IMG/VR virus record: IMGVR_UViG_3300013121_000037 | Location: 48,345-112,344 of that record | Direction: 5' to 3' (one strand) | DNA: 64,000 bases | DNA from: a virus | Lineage: Duplodnaviria; Caudoviricetes | Shown: positions 1 to 10,619 of the stretch, in pieces | Position numbering within the stretch: position 1 is the stretch's first letter | Layout: each line of letters starts with the position of its first letter | The notes under the pieces: generated by a model | What the model was told of the DNA's origin: nothing | What the model saw: the letters and a program-made list of their open reading frames with translations, nothing else | The model's database searches: none | Program-made: the position numbers and the translations under genes

Positions 1-95
1 TGTGTACGGCGACTTACCGCCTTCAGCATCCTCAACAGCGTACCGTAACTTGTCGTGAAAGAACCCACCCACCGCTTCACCGAATTCGCGTGACA

Positions 96-407
96 TCACT
101 TTTCCTCTTTTCGCGCACGCAGTTCTGCCAGACTCAACACCGTGACAATCACCGCAGTTGCCGTCCTGACAAACTTCACCACAAACACCACACCATCTGC
201 CTGATTGACATGAAAAGTACCACCCAACGCCATCCGCTTTTTCGCGGTGAGTTTTTGATACTCCCACAGCAGTCGTTTCGTCTTCTTTCCCACGGGACGA
301 CTGCCCCGCAAGGACCGGAGAATGTCGTTGGCATCCGTACAACGAATCCGTTGCCGCCAGCGCGTCAGAGCATGATTGGAGATTAGAACAGTAGTTGAGT
401 CTAGCAT
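96..407 (-). CDS. hypothetical phage protein
   Basis: ORF in the minus-strand gene run; HALTRWRQR motif; no family recognised. Confidence 0.45.
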   Translation of the reverse strand: MLDSTTVLISNHALTRWRQRIRCTDANDILRSLRGSRPVGKKTKRLLWEYQKLTAKKRMALGGTFHVNQADGVVFVVKFVRTATAVIVTVLSLAELRARKEEK

Positions 408-766
408 GGTTCCAGCACATCATCTTCCAGAAAAGTCCACGGGGGCGCCGCCCGGTATGGTGCCGGGGCCGCCTGAAACCACGCCGCATCAATGAGACTG
501 GTCGGTGTCCCGGCCTCCACCTGACAGCAGGGACACGGTTCGCCCGCATCGGCAGATGCCAGCCAACCACTGGCACATTTCTGGTGCCGCTGTACCCAGG
601 TAATCCTGCGCACCACCCAGCGATGCGCCCGGTAAAACTCCGTGGTCACCCGGTCACCCACCTGGAACGGCGCTTTTTCCACAACTCCCACAACTCCCAC
701 AGTTCCCACAGTTCCCGAAGGCACTGCTGGTTCTGGTGGTTGTCGCTGTGGCTGGCGTCTGGCCAT
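401..766 (-). CDS. hypothetical protein
   Basis: ORF tightly packed with its neighbours. Confidence 0.45.
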   Translation of the reverse strand: MARRQPQRQPPEPAVPSGTVGTVGVVGVVEKAPFQVGDRVTTEFYRAHRWVVRRITWVQRHQKCASGWLASADAGEPCPCCQVEAGTPTSLIDAAWFQAAPAPYRAAPPWTFLEDDVLEPC

Positions 767-778
767 TATCGTTTGTCC

Positions 779-1174
779 TCAACGAAAAAGTCGCCGTGTC
801 CCTACCGCTTGCCGCAAACCGGATTGCCGGGCGTGCTGGAGTTGTGACTGGATCCGCCAGTAGCGTTCCACCTCACCAGCCAGTTGTGGATTCTGCCGAC
901 ACTGCTGCTCATATAGTTGCCGGTTGCGCTCCGTTGGGTAGAAGTCCAGCACCATCGCCCACTGAATCGCCTTCAATCCGCCCAACCGACTTAACGGTAC
1001 ATCGGCGTGGCCGCCAGAAAGCAACGGCACCCGCACCGTTTCCTCTGCAGGCGACTGCACCGCCACTTTCTCTGCTGGTGGCCGCACCGGTGGGCGCACC
1101 AGTGCCAGTGGCGGCAGGGAACAACCAGTCACCAGCAGGAACGACAGGCATAGCATAAGATGGTTGGTTCGCAT
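779..1174 (-). CDS. putative lipoprotein
   Basis: Hydrophobic N-terminus ending in lipobox-like LVTGC. Confidence 0.4.
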   Translation of the reverse strand: MRTNHLMLCLSFLLVTGCSLPPLALVRPPVRPPAEKVAVQSPAEETVRVPLLSGGHADVPLSRLGGLKAIQWAMVLDFYPTERNRQLYEQQCRQNPQLAGEVERYWRIQSQLQHARQSGLRQAVGTRRLFR

Positions 1175-1397
1175 GGTTCACCTTCCAGGTAGACGAATAC
1201 CTAACAGCGTTAGCACCAGCACCACCGGGGCCAGCAAGGACAGCGACAACCAGAACAGCAGCACGGCGTACCAGGGGGCCAGACCACCACCCAGCACCTT
1301 GCCCATGTCCGTGCGAATCTGCTCGAAATGGCGGGCCAGCAGGGTTGCCAGCATCAGCACCAGGCCACAGTACACCCCGCCAAGAAACCACCACCAC

Positions 1398-1748
1398 TCA
1401 GGTACCACCACCACCTCCGTTTGTTCTGTCCGCCAGCACGCTGGCACCGCGTAACCGCTGTACTTCCTCATGCAAAACATGCAACTCAGCACGAGCAATA
1501 ATAACAGCATCCTGCAACCGCTCCCGATCGGCGTTAGCCAGTGACTCCCGTTCCTTGTGCAGGTTGACCTGCGCACGCAGCGTTTGCACCTCTGCCTGGA
1601 GTTCATGGCACTGCCGGACCACGGCATTCTTCGCCTCGGTCACTGCGGCCAGTTGCTGCGAAGTTTCAGAGTGACAGGCAAAGCAGATGCACTCTCCCTG
1701 CGTCCCCTGCAAGCGAAGCCCCGAGCAAAGTAAACAGCGTCTGTGCAT
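1398..1748 (-). CDS. coiled-coil hypothetical protein
   Basis: GAGGAG RBS upstream; heptad-rich sequence. Confidence 0.45.
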   Translation of the reverse strand: MHRRCLLCSGLRLQGTQGECICFACHSETSQQLAAVTEAKNAVVRQCHELQAEVQTLRAQVNLHKERESLANADRERLQDAVIIARAELHVLHEEVQRLRGASVLADRTNGGGGGT

Positions 1749-1883
1749 GTTTCACTCCTCCACTGATCAAAATGCGACAGTCTAGTTTTGCGCAGTTGAC
1801 TGTATCAGGGTGTTTCCATTAGGGGTCAAATCGCACCTGAAACAGGTCCGCTGCGCAAAACTAGACTGTTGCATTTTGACCAG

Positions 1884-2762
1884 TTACACCTTGACCCGCA
1901 GCAAATCCACCGCCCAGCAACCTCTGACGTGCGGACCGGCATCACCACCACAACGCGGGCAACCACCGATCACTTCCACGCTTCCGGTATACTCATCCAT
2001 GCCAACCCCAGTGTTGCCACAAGTCTCGCAATTTGCTCGACGGCGTAGGTGCCGCAGTATCCTGTCCTCGCCGCACCCCGCTTCTTCCAGGGCGTCGGCA
2101 ATGATGGCCAGTCGTGCCGGATCCAGTTCGCCCGTCTCCAGAGTGCCGGTGCCGTGGCAGTGCGGGCACGAATCTGCCCCCAACCCGGAAGCACAATTGC
2201 AACCGGTTTTATGCGACAGTCCCTTGCACCTATGTGGATAGGTGCATCTTCGCTGGTATGCCTCCTCGGCCAGGCGTGGGATGGTACCGTCGTTCCAGGT
2301 GAGCCAGACGTGGTTGACGGTGAGCGGGCGGAAAGGATTGCCGATGATGTCCCGGAGGAGGTTGGCTTGCGTGGCAGGTAAAACGGTTGGTCCAAACACA
2401 GTGGAAAAGACGTTGTTATGATAAATCGTCTGTCGCAATGCAACAGCAATGTCTGGGCAGGTTGCACACCACACCCAACCGTCTTCCGCTCTGGCTTGCC
2501 TTCTGGCTGTTAGCAGGCCACTGTGTGATAAATACTGGTCCGCATCCGCAAATTGTTCCGCAATTTCCACTGCCTTCTGACTGTGCTCGTTAGCCAGCAG
2601 GTTCCAGACCTGGCGACAGACGGTACAGGCGAACAGACGCAATTTCCTGTTGTCACACCGCCACAAAGTGCGTTCCATATCCAGCGTGCAATCAGTCTGA
2701 TGCAGCAGCGTTTGCAGCATTTCCTGCGGGTCCGTGCTGGTTAACCACTCGGTTTCGGTCAT
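1884..2762 (-). CDS. Planctomycete-expanded MTETEWL family protein (often auto-annotated SMI1/KNR4) with Zn-ribbon inserts, paralogue 1
   Basis: MTETEWL, RKLRLFAC, LLRDIIGNPFRP, IIADALEEAGC and GPHVRGCWAVDLL blocks; several CxxC motifs. Confidence 0.75.
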   Translation of the reverse strand: MTETEWLTSTDPQEMLQTLLHQTDCTLDMERTLWRCDNRKLRLFACTVCRQVWNLLANEHSQKAVEIAEQFADADQYLSHSGLLTARRQARAEDGWVWCATCPDIAVALRQTIYHNNVFSTVFGPTVLPATQANLLRDIIGNPFRPLTVNHVWLTWNDGTIPRLAEEAYQRRCTYPHRCKGLSHKTGCNCASGLGADSCPHCHGTGTLETGELDPARLAIIADALEEAGCGEDRILRHLRRRANCETCGNTGVGMDEYTGSVEVIGGCPRCGGDAGPHVRGCWAVDLLRVKV

Positions 2763-2820
2763 CGCTGACTTCTCCACTGCGCAAACGTAGACTGTCGAGT
2801 TTTGCACACCTCTCACCAAT

Positions 2821-4524
2821 CTAGCGACGATGCAAGCCCCAACTGCGCCGGTCCTGTTGCAGTGGCCGATAGGAGGATTGCTCGCTGCTCCGCTGCGGTG
2901 GTTTATCCTCGGCATGGGGTGTCATGTTCCGCCGCGGCGTATCCACCCCTGAAGGCACTCCCATGCTAAATCCTTCCGCGTAGGCCAAGTTCAGCGCGTC
3001 CATATCATCGGGACTGCGGCCAATCTTGTCCTTGGTGTCCCGCTTGGGTTCCACCACCCGTCGCCCCTGACTGTCCAGCCAGTATTCCGGAGCCAGTGCC
3101 TGCTGCTTCAGTTTCTGCCGCAGCAATGGGTCCAGACGTACCAGCGACAATTCACCCCGCTTCGCTCTTTCAGCAACCGTAAACCATAATTCATCGCGTC
3201 GCCGTGGATAATCACTCGGTTTGTGCGGACTGGAGCCAGCATTGATCGGGATAACCCGGTAACCGGCCTCACGCAGGCCATCCACCACGCCACCGCCAAC
3301 ACCATCATCATCCACCTTGATCGGCACCTGTTTGGAAATTACCGTTTTCTGACACCACTGCTGACTGGCCTTTTCTGCCCATTCCGTGGCCAGTTGTTTT
3401 AACCGGCCAATCGTGTGACTGGTATCCCGCTTGTTGAAGGACTCGTGTAGCAAACTGGTGCCACCCACCCGAACATGGATCGCCGTCCAGTCATCACCGA
3501 ACCGGGCCACATCACAACCAATCTCGGGAACAGCATCCGCTGGCATGGGTAACACGTTCAATTCCACCGCCCCCCAGAGATTATCAGACCAGATTCCATA
3601 GGTTCCCGCAGAGGGCCAGCGCCCCAGACCGCGGGCCTCAAAGATCGGTCCGGGTCTGTACCAGCGCCCGGGCTTGCCAGTGATTGCGCTGGGTGGCCAC
3701 TCAAAATCCGTGGCGGTGACTTGCTCAGGCGAGAGCGGTTCGCACCAGTCGGCTATCCAGACCTCCACCTGATCTAGCGTCACCGCCGCCGGAATCGGTG
3801 GCTCGCGGCCCTGCACCTGAGCAATGATGTTGGGATGCTCGAGCGCCGACACCTCAAACCGGTGCCAGGCCGCTGTGCTGCTGGTGTCCTCCAGATACGC
3901 CCGACTGGTCGTATCGGTGGGATTGCAAATAGCGAGCCAGAACATGAAGGGCCGCGGTTTCCACATGGTAGCCGTGGTCGTCCAGTAGGTCGCATCCACA
4001 CCGCACGCCTCATCGAATACCACCAGCATGCGCTCCGGATGCCGCCCCTGAAAACTCTCCCCTTTGGCTGCCGTGTACCCCTTGGCATAATGCTCCTGTG
4101 AGGAGGACATTTCCGGCGCCTTGGGCAGCAGGCCACCAAGTCCCACCCGCTCCCGCTGACTGCGCACCTGTGCCCAGAGCAGATCCACCACATCACGCTT
4201 GATCGGTGCCGTGGTGATGGCCAACCCCGGATCGAAGGAGTCGTAAAACCAGTTGACCAGCACAGCGGCGAGATGGGTTTTGCCTACCGAGTGGGCCGAT
4301 TTCACCAGCGTGCGATAGGGCGGGCGCAGCAGCGAACCCGCTATTTCCCGCTGCCGCTCCCACAGGTCGATTTCCAGGATGTTTCTGGCATAGGCAACCG
4401 GGTCAGTCGGGTAGGCATTGACCGGCAGACCCCGGTAATTGGTCACCTGGGGTTGGCCTCGGTTCTCCCGCAGGAGCAGTAGTTTGTCCACCTCCTGCAT
4501 CTTGCGCTGCAATATGTCTGCCAT
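2821..4524 (-). CDS. terL: terminase large subunit
   Basis: Walker A SAHSVGKT, Walker B VVFDEA, ICNP motif, nuclease motifs IGCDVARFGDD and SPDDMDAL. Confidence 0.9.
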   Translation of the reverse strand: MADILQRKMQEVDKLLLLRENRGQPQVTNYRGLPVNAYPTDPVAYARNILEIDLWERQREIAGSLLRPPYRTLVKSAHSVGKTHLAAVLVNWFYDSFDPGLAITTAPIKRDVVDLLWAQVRSQRERVGLGGLLPKAPEMSSSQEHYAKGYTAAKGESFQGRHPERMLVVFDEACGVDATYWTTTATMWKPRPFMFWLAICNPTDTTSRAYLEDTSSTAAWHRFEVSALEHPNIIAQVQGREPPIPAAVTLDQVEVWIADWCEPLSPEQVTATDFEWPPSAITGKPGRWYRPGPIFEARGLGRWPSAGTYGIWSDNLWGAVELNVLPMPADAVPEIGCDVARFGDDWTAIHVRVGGTSLLHESFNKRDTSHTIGRLKQLATEWAEKASQQWCQKTVISKQVPIKVDDDGVGGGVVDGLREAGYRVIPINAGSSPHKPSDYPRRRDELWFTVAERAKRGELSLVRLDPLLRQKLKQQALAPEYWLDSQGRRVVEPKRDTKDKIGRSPDDMDALNLAYAEGFSMGVPSGVDTPRRNMTPHAEDKPPQRSSEQSSYRPLQQDRRSWGLHRR

Positions 4525-4903
4525 GTTCCGGTGTCTTCTCGCTCGCCTTCAGGCGGCGCTCCAGTTCATCCACCCGTGCCATCAGATGCAGAACTTCCGT
4601 GGTCTTGATCCCCTGGTCCAGGATGGCCTTTGCTGCCACATTGGCCACACTGGGAAACTCGGAATCCAGGTTGTTATCCAGGGTCCGCACCGCCTTGCTC
4701 ATCCGCGCCGCCAGTTGTCCGGCGGCCCGGTTGACCAAGTTATCCCGCTGCCGCACCACCTCCTTGCGAAAGTCTTCTTCCAGCAGGCGCTTGTGTACAG
4801 TGCGCGCTGATACCCCCACCTTCTCGGCTGCCTTCTTGACGGTCAACCCCGAGGCCAGCAACAAGGCCAACTGCTGGTTTACCTGTCGGCGTGGTTTAGC
4901 CAT
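4403..4903 (-). CDS. HTH protein, probable terminase small subunit
   Basis: N-terminal HTH (TVKKAAEKVGVSARTVHKRL); directly upstream of terL. Confidence 0.6.
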   Translation of the reverse strand: MAKPRRQVNQQLALLLASGLTVKKAAEKVGVSARTVHKRLLEEDFRKEVVRQRDNLVNRAAGQLAARMSKAVRTLDNNLDSEFPSVANVAAKAILDQGIKTTEVLHLMARVDELERRLKASEKTPEHGRHIAAQDAGGGQTTAPAGEPRPTPGDQLPGSAGQCLPD

Positions 4904-5037
4904 AATGCGCAGCAAAGAGAAACGGCGTGAATTTGTGGTTATTCATCACCCGCCTGTCCCATGATGAATACTGGCCATTTTACCAACTGGTGCTTGCCAT
5001 GTCACACCGCACAAACTGCTGCGCAAAATGCTACTGT

Positions 5038-5775
5038 CTACTTTTGCGCAGTGGTTGGTTTATCCTGTCGGCACTGCGCACAGCAGACGTGGTCACCGAA
5101 TACCAGATCGGCGCGGGGATAGTCCGCCCCACAATAACAGCAGTGTTCAATCTGCCCGTCCAGTCGCCAGAGTGCTGCCGCCACCCATTCCGGTGTGCGT
5201 CGGGAGCGGGACTCTGGCGAGAAACCGTACCACGTTTCCAGGTACATTTCGCACTGCCGCCGCAACTGACCGATTTCGTCCAGGGTCAGTTGATGCAGAT
5301 TCACTGTTGCTGGAGAACACGCTGGAGTGGGTTGCTGGCGACCGCGGTCTTCAGGTGGGCGTTTGCTACCCGGTGGGTTGCGCCGGCCAAAGTCACCTTC
5401 GCTGCCATCGGTCTGCCAGGACTCGTGGTAGTAGGGTAAATCCGGGTCTGGCATCATCAGGAGTCGCACAGGTGGCGTCCCCAGGATGGCCAGGTAACCA
5501 GCATGGTCATCAATCAGGATGTCGATATGGTGCTCCTGGCAGACCACCGCCTTGCAGCGTTCGCCATGAGTTTCGTAGTCGGCACAGATGACTTGCTGGG
5601 GCGGAACAGCAAACCCGTTATCGTGGCAGAAAGTGGTGGCTTTCTGGTGTGGCTTCATGTCGCTGATAACGAACACCTCGAGCTCAGAGGAAAGCAGCAG
5701 GACTTGCACCAGCGGTCGGAAGATGTCCGGGTATTTGGACAGGCACCCGCCAATGTCGAAAGCAATCCGGGTCAT
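5038..5775 (-). CDS. HAD-superfamily phosphatase-like protein
   Basis: IAFDIGGCL and ILIDD motifs; stop codon lies inside a 35-bp palindrome (TAQK*). Confidence 0.6.
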   Translation of the reverse strand: MTRIAFDIGGCLSKYPDIFRPLVQVLLLSSELEVFVISDMKPHQKATTFCHDNGFAVPPQQVICADYETHGERCKAVVCQEHHIDILIDDHAGYLAILGTPPVRLLMMPDPDLPYYHESWQTDGSEGDFGRRNPPGSKRPPEDRGRQQPTPACSPATVNLHQLTLDEIGQLRRQCEMYLETWYGFSPESRSRRTPEWVAAALWRLDGQIEHCCYCGADYPRADLVFGDHVCCAQCRQDKPTTAQK

Positions 5776-5843
5776 CTGGTTTTCCTCTTCCTGCGTGCTG
5801 CGCAAAAGTAGACTGTTGAGTTTTGACCAGTGGGTGGTATCAC

Positions 5844-6242
5844 TTAGGACCGCACCACATACGCTTCCAGACGAATCAGGTCCGGGCGCTGCTCGGACAG
5901 ATACATGCGCAGCGGTGACACCTGCTCACCTGCCTGGAGTTGTCCCACCTTCTCCCGTAACTGGAGCGTGGCCTGCCGGAATGCGGGCAGCGTGTCGTCG
6001 GCGTTGGGCGGGTCACGGAACTCCACCACCACGCAGCGCACCACCTGACCACTTAGAATGGCTCTCTGCACCGTGGTTTCTTTGGCCAGCGGTTGTGGCC
6101 AGAGAAGATCCCAGATGACATCCAGTTCACCGAACACCGGCACCCCGGACCAGACCACCCGCTCCGTGCTGCTGCTGACAGTAGGTAATACCAGAGCGGT
6201 TGCTGCCGCGGCGGTCAAGGTGCAAAACTCACGACGATTCAT
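5844..6242 (-). CDS. hypothetical protein with twin-arginine-like leader
   Basis: MNRREFCTLTAAAATALV. Confidence 0.5.
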   Translation of the reverse strand: MNRREFCTLTAAAATALVLPTVSSSTERVVWSGVPVFGELDVIWDLLWPQPLAKETTVQRAILSGQVVRCVVVEFRDPPNADDTLPAFRQATLQLREKVGQLQAGEQVSPLRMYLSEQRPDLIRLEAYVVRS

Positions 6243-6898
6243 GTTAGGCTCCTGTCGATGGGGTTGGCGGAGTTGGTGGAAAGTGCTGCAGCCAGTTGGG
6301 GTGCGTACGCGGCGGCCAGGGTGGCAATGGTGTTGACGTTGATGGCAAAGGCGATGTTCTCGGCACTGTCGCGGACTGCCACGTTCAGGCCAATCAGTTG
6401 CCCCTCGCTGTTGAGCAACGGACCACCCGAATTGCCCGGATTGATGCTGGCGTCGTGCTGAATCAGATCGTCCAGTACCGACCCCGTTGGCATGGTGATA
6501 CGCCGCCCCAGTGCCGAGATGATGCCAGCGGTGACCGTGTTGGCATACCCCAGCGGCGACCCAATGGCCACCACGGTTTCCCCCACCAGCAGATCCGGAA
6601 CCGGATGGATTTCCAGACAGGGCAGTGGTGTGGCATGATTGACCCGCACCACCGCCAGGTCATGCTCCTCACTGCGGTTCAGCACCAGGCCGGGCAAGCG
6701 CTCCCCCGTGGCCAGCACCACCTCCACATCGTCAAAAGTACCAACCACATGACGATTGGTCAGGATGATGCCGCTTGGCGAGACAATGGCACCCGAACCA
6801 ATGGAGGGACGCGAATCCGCCCGCGTGTACACGTTGATCGTCACCACAGCCGGTAACACTTTTTCCACCACCTCGACAATGACACTGCGCCGACTCAT
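6239..6898 (-). CDS. trypsin-like (HtrA/DegP-type) serine protease lacking a PDZ domain
   Basis: Catalytic-triad motifs ILTNRHVV, DLAVV and INPGNSGGPL. Confidence 0.9.
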   Translation of the reverse strand: MSRRSVIVEVVEKVLPAVVTINVYTRADSRPSIGSGAIVSPSGIILTNRHVVGTFDDVEVVLATGERLPGLVLNRSEEHDLAVVRVNHATPLPCLEIHPVPDLLVGETVVAIGSPLGYANTVTAGIISALGRRITMPTGSVLDDLIQHDASINPGNSGGPLLNSEGQLIGLNVAVRDSAENIAFAINVNTIATLAAAYAPQLAAALSTNSANPIDRSLT

Positions 6899-6920
6899 GA
6901 CGAAATTCCTCTCTGGATAG

Positions 6921-7214
6921 TCAGGATAAATCGCGCCGGGCATCCTGGGGATGGTGCAGTTCCTGGCACTGCGCCGCCCGCTGCTGCAAAACCTGCCAGT
7001 ATTCCGTGGTCCCGGGCAAATGTTGGGTCGGTTCCGGTTTGCTGGCCACGACATTGTCAAGCCCTGCCCCTCGCATGTTGCTCCGGCAAACCAGATGGCC
7101 AAACCGTGTCAGTACCGCAGGATCGTGATAACAGGTCCAGCACAATTGCCGGGGCCGATTGGCCACCTTCTGCTGACAGTTCCGGCACTGCGGTTTCACT
7201 GCGGACAACTCCAT
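6921..7214 (-). CDS. small Zn-finger protein (C-terminus similar to 32367..32762)
   Basis: CRNC...LCWTC; PTQHLPGT...LHHPQD versus PTSALPGS...LWDDRD. Confidence 0.5.
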   Translation of the reverse strand: MELSAVKPQCRNCQQKVANRPRQLCWTCYHDPAVLTRFGHLVCRSNMRGAGLDNVVASKPEPTQHLPGTTEYWQVLQQRAAQCQELHHPQDARRDLS

Positions 7215-7248
7215 TTTGAAAAACGTCGGCACCAGGCACCCAGTACAA

Positions 7249-7515
7249 CTATTTATGGCGGATTTCCTGCAAAATTCGGTTGGCAATCCATCCCAAAGAT
7301 TTGAACAGTTTGCTCCGGTCGCCGTACAGGTCTGGATAAAGCACCGTATGAGCGAGGTAGGTGCTGGCACATACCTCGCAAAACCAGAAATCATCATGGT
7401 TTCCTTCTGCCCAGCGCTCCGTCCCCTCACCGCGATAGTTTTTCAGCGGGATGCCGCGAAAACCACAGCACTCACATTCTCCTGGTGACTCTGTAGTTTG
7501 TTCCTGCTCACCCAT
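7249..7515 (-). CDS. hypothetical Cys-rich protein
   Basis: RBS immediately after a palindrome; CECC and CEVC. Confidence 0.45.
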   Translation of the reverse strand: MGEQEQTTESPGECECCGFRGIPLKNYRGEGTERWAEGNHDDFWFCEVCASTYLAHTVLYPDLYGDRSKLFKSLGWIANRILQEIRHK

Positions 7516-7581
7516 GACAAAAACTCCTCTCCACCATTCACTGCGCAAAAGTAGACAGTTGCATTTTGCGCAGTGAGCAGG

Positions 7582-8712
7582 CTACACCGGGGTTTCCTTG
7601 ACCACGATTGGCACCAGCACATAGCGATAATGGTCCGCCGTGGTCAGCAAGGATGGCGAGGTTGCATCCTGCAAGTGCCAGGTCACCTCCTCGTCAGTCG
7701 GCAGCACCTTGAGAAAGTCCAGCACCGCCTGCGGCGCCAGGTAAATGGTGAGGGCCGGTCCCGTGAACGCGATGGGAATGGCCACCTTGGCCCGCCCCGT
7801 TTGCGGTCCCTGTGCCGACAGGGTCAACCTCCCATCCGTGAAGGCAAACTGCACCCGCCGCGTTTGCTCATCCGTCATCGTCGCCGCCTGCCGTACCGCC
7901 GTCAACAATACCCCAACCCGTACTTTGGCCGTGGCCACACAATCCTTGCTGGCTGGAATCACCGCCTGCCAGTTTGGAAAACGTCCCTCCACCAGCCGGC
8001 TATACAATAATCCCCGCTCACTCTGCACCAGTATCTCATTGGCGCGCAGCGTTACCATGATCCGCTCGTCCGGGTCGGTCAGCAGCCGTGCCAGCAGCAC
8101 CAGTGCCTTTTCTGGCACCACCGGTTGCCCCTGCGGTGGCGCAGTGCCATTGGTTTCTACCTCCTGCTCCGTCACCGCCAACCGCCGTCCATCCGTGGCC
8201 ACCAGATGCAGCGCCGTCCCCCGCACATCCCAGAGAATGCCCCGGGTTGCCGTGTAACGGGCATTCTCCTCTGCCACCGCGAACAGTGTCCTGGTAATGA
8301 ATTTCTGCACGTCACTGGCCAGCAAAGAATACCCAACCAGGCCACTGACCACCGGCATATCTGGGAAAATGCTGGGGTCTTCCCCCGGCAATTCAAACTC
8401 CGTGCTGTCAGTAACAATGGTCGTCGTGGTGTTGTCCGAGGTGATGGTCAAACTATCGTCGGGCAACTCCCCCAAAATCGCAGTCAGTTTGGCCGCAGGC
8501 CACAGCGCCGCTCCCGCCTCCAGCACCGCCACCGAACGCAGGTCCAACCGTAGACCAATCTCGGTATCCGTGCCCTGCACCGTGATACCGTTGTCCGTGG
8601 TGGACACCTGGAAATTCGCCAGCACCGGCATGACCTGCTTGCCCGTGGGAATTACTCCCAGTATGGTCTTGCACAGTGCCAGTAGTCCCTGCCGATGTAC
8701 CGTGATCTTCAT
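7582..8712 (-). CDS. dnaN: DNA polymerase III beta sliding clamp
   Basis: 376 aa; GTDTEI, VATDGRRLA and SRLVEGRFPNWQAVIP signatures. Confidence 0.92.
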   Translation of the reverse strand: MKITVHRQGLLALCKTILGVIPTGKQVMPVLANFQVSTTDNGITVQGTDTEIGLRLDLRSVAVLEAGAALWPAAKLTAILGELPDDSLTITSDNTTTTIVTDSTEFELPGEDPSIFPDMPVVSGLVGYSLLASDVQKFITRTLFAVAEENARYTATRGILWDVRGTALHLVATDGRRLAVTEQEVETNGTAPPQGQPVVPEKALVLLARLLTDPDERIMVTLRANEILVQSERGLLYSRLVEGRFPNWQAVIPASKDCVATAKVRVGVLLTAVRQAATMTDEQTRRVQFAFTDGRLTLSAQGPQTGRAKVAIPIAFTGPALTIYLAPQAVLDFLKVLPTDEEVTWHLQDATSPSLLTTADHYRYVLVPIVVKETPV

Positions 8713-9494
8713 GATAATTCCTTGCCGGTTTTGAGTCGTTCCAGGTCGCGTTCCGCCCGCAAGAGTGTGTCCACCCAGGGTTCGCCTGGCTGCTGCTCGG
8801 CCAGGTCGTGGTGCCAGACCGAACCACCATAGCCGTAGTCGAGTACAAAACTCCAGCGCAGAGTATGACTGGACAGGTGCAACCGCACCGCCACGATTTG
8901 CCGCGCCCGCCGGTGAGATTGGTTGAGTTGCACCGCCAGTTTTCCCTGCGCTTTCAGGAGGGATGTCAGTCGCTGTTCAATGACAGCCTGACTCCAGGGA
9001 GCATCCTGGTAACCGTAATGCGGAAACCAGATACGCTGCTGGCCACCCACCCGGATGTCGAACGCCTCCCGCCAGGCGTCCACCGAGTCGTTGCCAATGT
9101 CCAAAAGGGCGTAGTGAAAACGCCGCTTCAGGTCGCCCAGACTGACCACGGGCCGAATGCTGGTCATGCCAGTGCAGGTGGGTTGGCACGATAACAGCGC
9201 CTTGACAGCGTGGGCCACCCAGGGTTGCCGCTGGCGCTCGGGCGTGTCCAGTTCCTGGGCCGAGCGCACCATCCAGGCCAGCACCCCAAGTGCCTGCTCA
9301 ACGCTGTAGGGATAGGGCCAGTAGCAACCAGGGCGCACCAGTTCCACGAAGTGACAGGTAACACAGCGTTTGAGTTTGCTGAGCGCTGGCATCACTCCAT
9401 CCTCTCTGCCAACCGGGTACACTCGGGTTGCGACCAGGCCACCCGCCAACCAAATAGAGACTTTGCATGCTGCCTTCCTGATAGCACATGCCAT
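8709..9494 (-). CDS. hypothetical protein
   Basis: Long ORF whose stop overlaps the dnaN start (ATGA). Confidence 0.5.
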   Translation of the reverse strand: MACAIRKAACKVSIWLAGGLVATRVYPVGREDGVMPALSKLKRCVTCHFVELVRPGCYWPYPYSVEQALGVLAWMVRSAQELDTPERQRQPWVAHAVKALLSCQPTCTGMTSIRPVVSLGDLKRRFHYALLDIGNDSVDAWREAFDIRVGGQQRIWFPHYGYQDAPWSQAVIEQRLTSLLKAQGKLAVQLNQSHRRARQIVAVRLHLSSHTLRWSFVLDYGYGGSVWHHDLAEQQPGEPWVDTLLRAERDLERLKTGKELS

Positions 9495-9578
9495 ACCACC
9501 ACCACAGCATTTCCCAGAGGAGAGTGCTAAATCCAGAAGTGCTCACTGCGCAAAATGCAACTGTCTACTTTTGCCCAC

Positions 9579-9980
9579 TCACTCAGCACCCTGCAACTCC
9601 AGCAGGCGCAGCACTCCCGCCGAATCCAGGTGCTGTTCCAGCAGGAAAATCACCTCTGGCAATTCCTGCTGCGGCACCAGTCGCAACACCTGCGCCGCCA
9701 CTTCTGCCGGACTGCCCACCAGCACACCAGTTGCCTCTCTGCCGCCGAGCAGCGGCGCAGGTGACTTCTGGACCACTGCTACCTCTTTCGCTGGCAGATG
9801 GGCATCCCGCAGCGCCAGGAACTCTGCAATTGCCTCTGCACTGACTACCTTGCCCAGCAAACACCGCCGCCATCCCGACTGCAATGGCCAGGACACCCCA
9901 AGCACTTCCAGCTGCTGCCGGTTCCAACCACCATTCCGACTCATCCCCTCTTCCAGCAACTCCCGCGTTACCACTGGCAT
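9579..9980 (-). CDS. hypothetical protein
   Basis: Bounded on both sides by palindromes 9545 and 9992. Confidence 0.55.
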   Translation of the reverse strand: MPVVTRELLEEGMSRNGGWNRQQLEVLGVSWPLQSGWRRCLLGKVVSAEAIAEFLALRDAHLPAKEVAVVQKSPAPLLGGREATGVLVGSPAEVAAQVLRLVPQQELPEVIFLLEQHLDSAGVLRLLELQGAE

Positions 9981-10619
9981 ACCAGCACCTCACTGGGCAA
10001 AAGTAGACAGTTGCATTTTGCGCGATTTGTGGAAATTTTCGATGAAATTTGTGCGGATTTCCGTGCGCACTTCTAGCGCTAGCTATTTCTTTGTCTTCTG
10101 GTCTGAGAAGACCTGTCGTGTTATCTAGCACATCATGTACCACTGAGAAGAGTAGTGGTCTGCTCCCAAAATCCTTCGGGTTCGCAGGCGGGCGCACCGA
10201 CCCCGTGCGGAGTCGGTGCAAGTGGTCAAAATCCCCCTGGGACGGCAGTTCGGTTCGACCTTCCGGGGACCGGTTGGGGTTGCCAACCATGTGCCAGGAC
10301 AGTGCTGCCTGGCGTGGTTTTTTAACGCTGTTCACCCGGAATTCGCACCCGTCACAGCGTCCATCGTGAGCGTTTGTCAGACCGTTTCGGCAGGCACATC
10401 TGACCGATGGAATACGAACAACCTTGACCCTTGGCGCTGTACTTGTTTGGACTTCACCAGTCCCTTTGCCTCGGCTGTCGGTGGGTCAGATACCGTTTCC
10501 CAAATGGTGGGTGTCGTTTTGACTTCAGCAGTATCCCGCACCCGGCAACAGGCTTTTGGGATGTGCTGGTGGTCAAAATGCGACTGTCGCATTTTGACCA
10601 CTGGTTAGTCGTGGCCAGA

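Noticed and set aside
10193-10219. Hairpin ending GAGTCGGTGC resembling the SpCas9 tracrRNA 3' stem
   Set aside because: Short GC-rich coincidence; no Cas9 and no anti-repeat.
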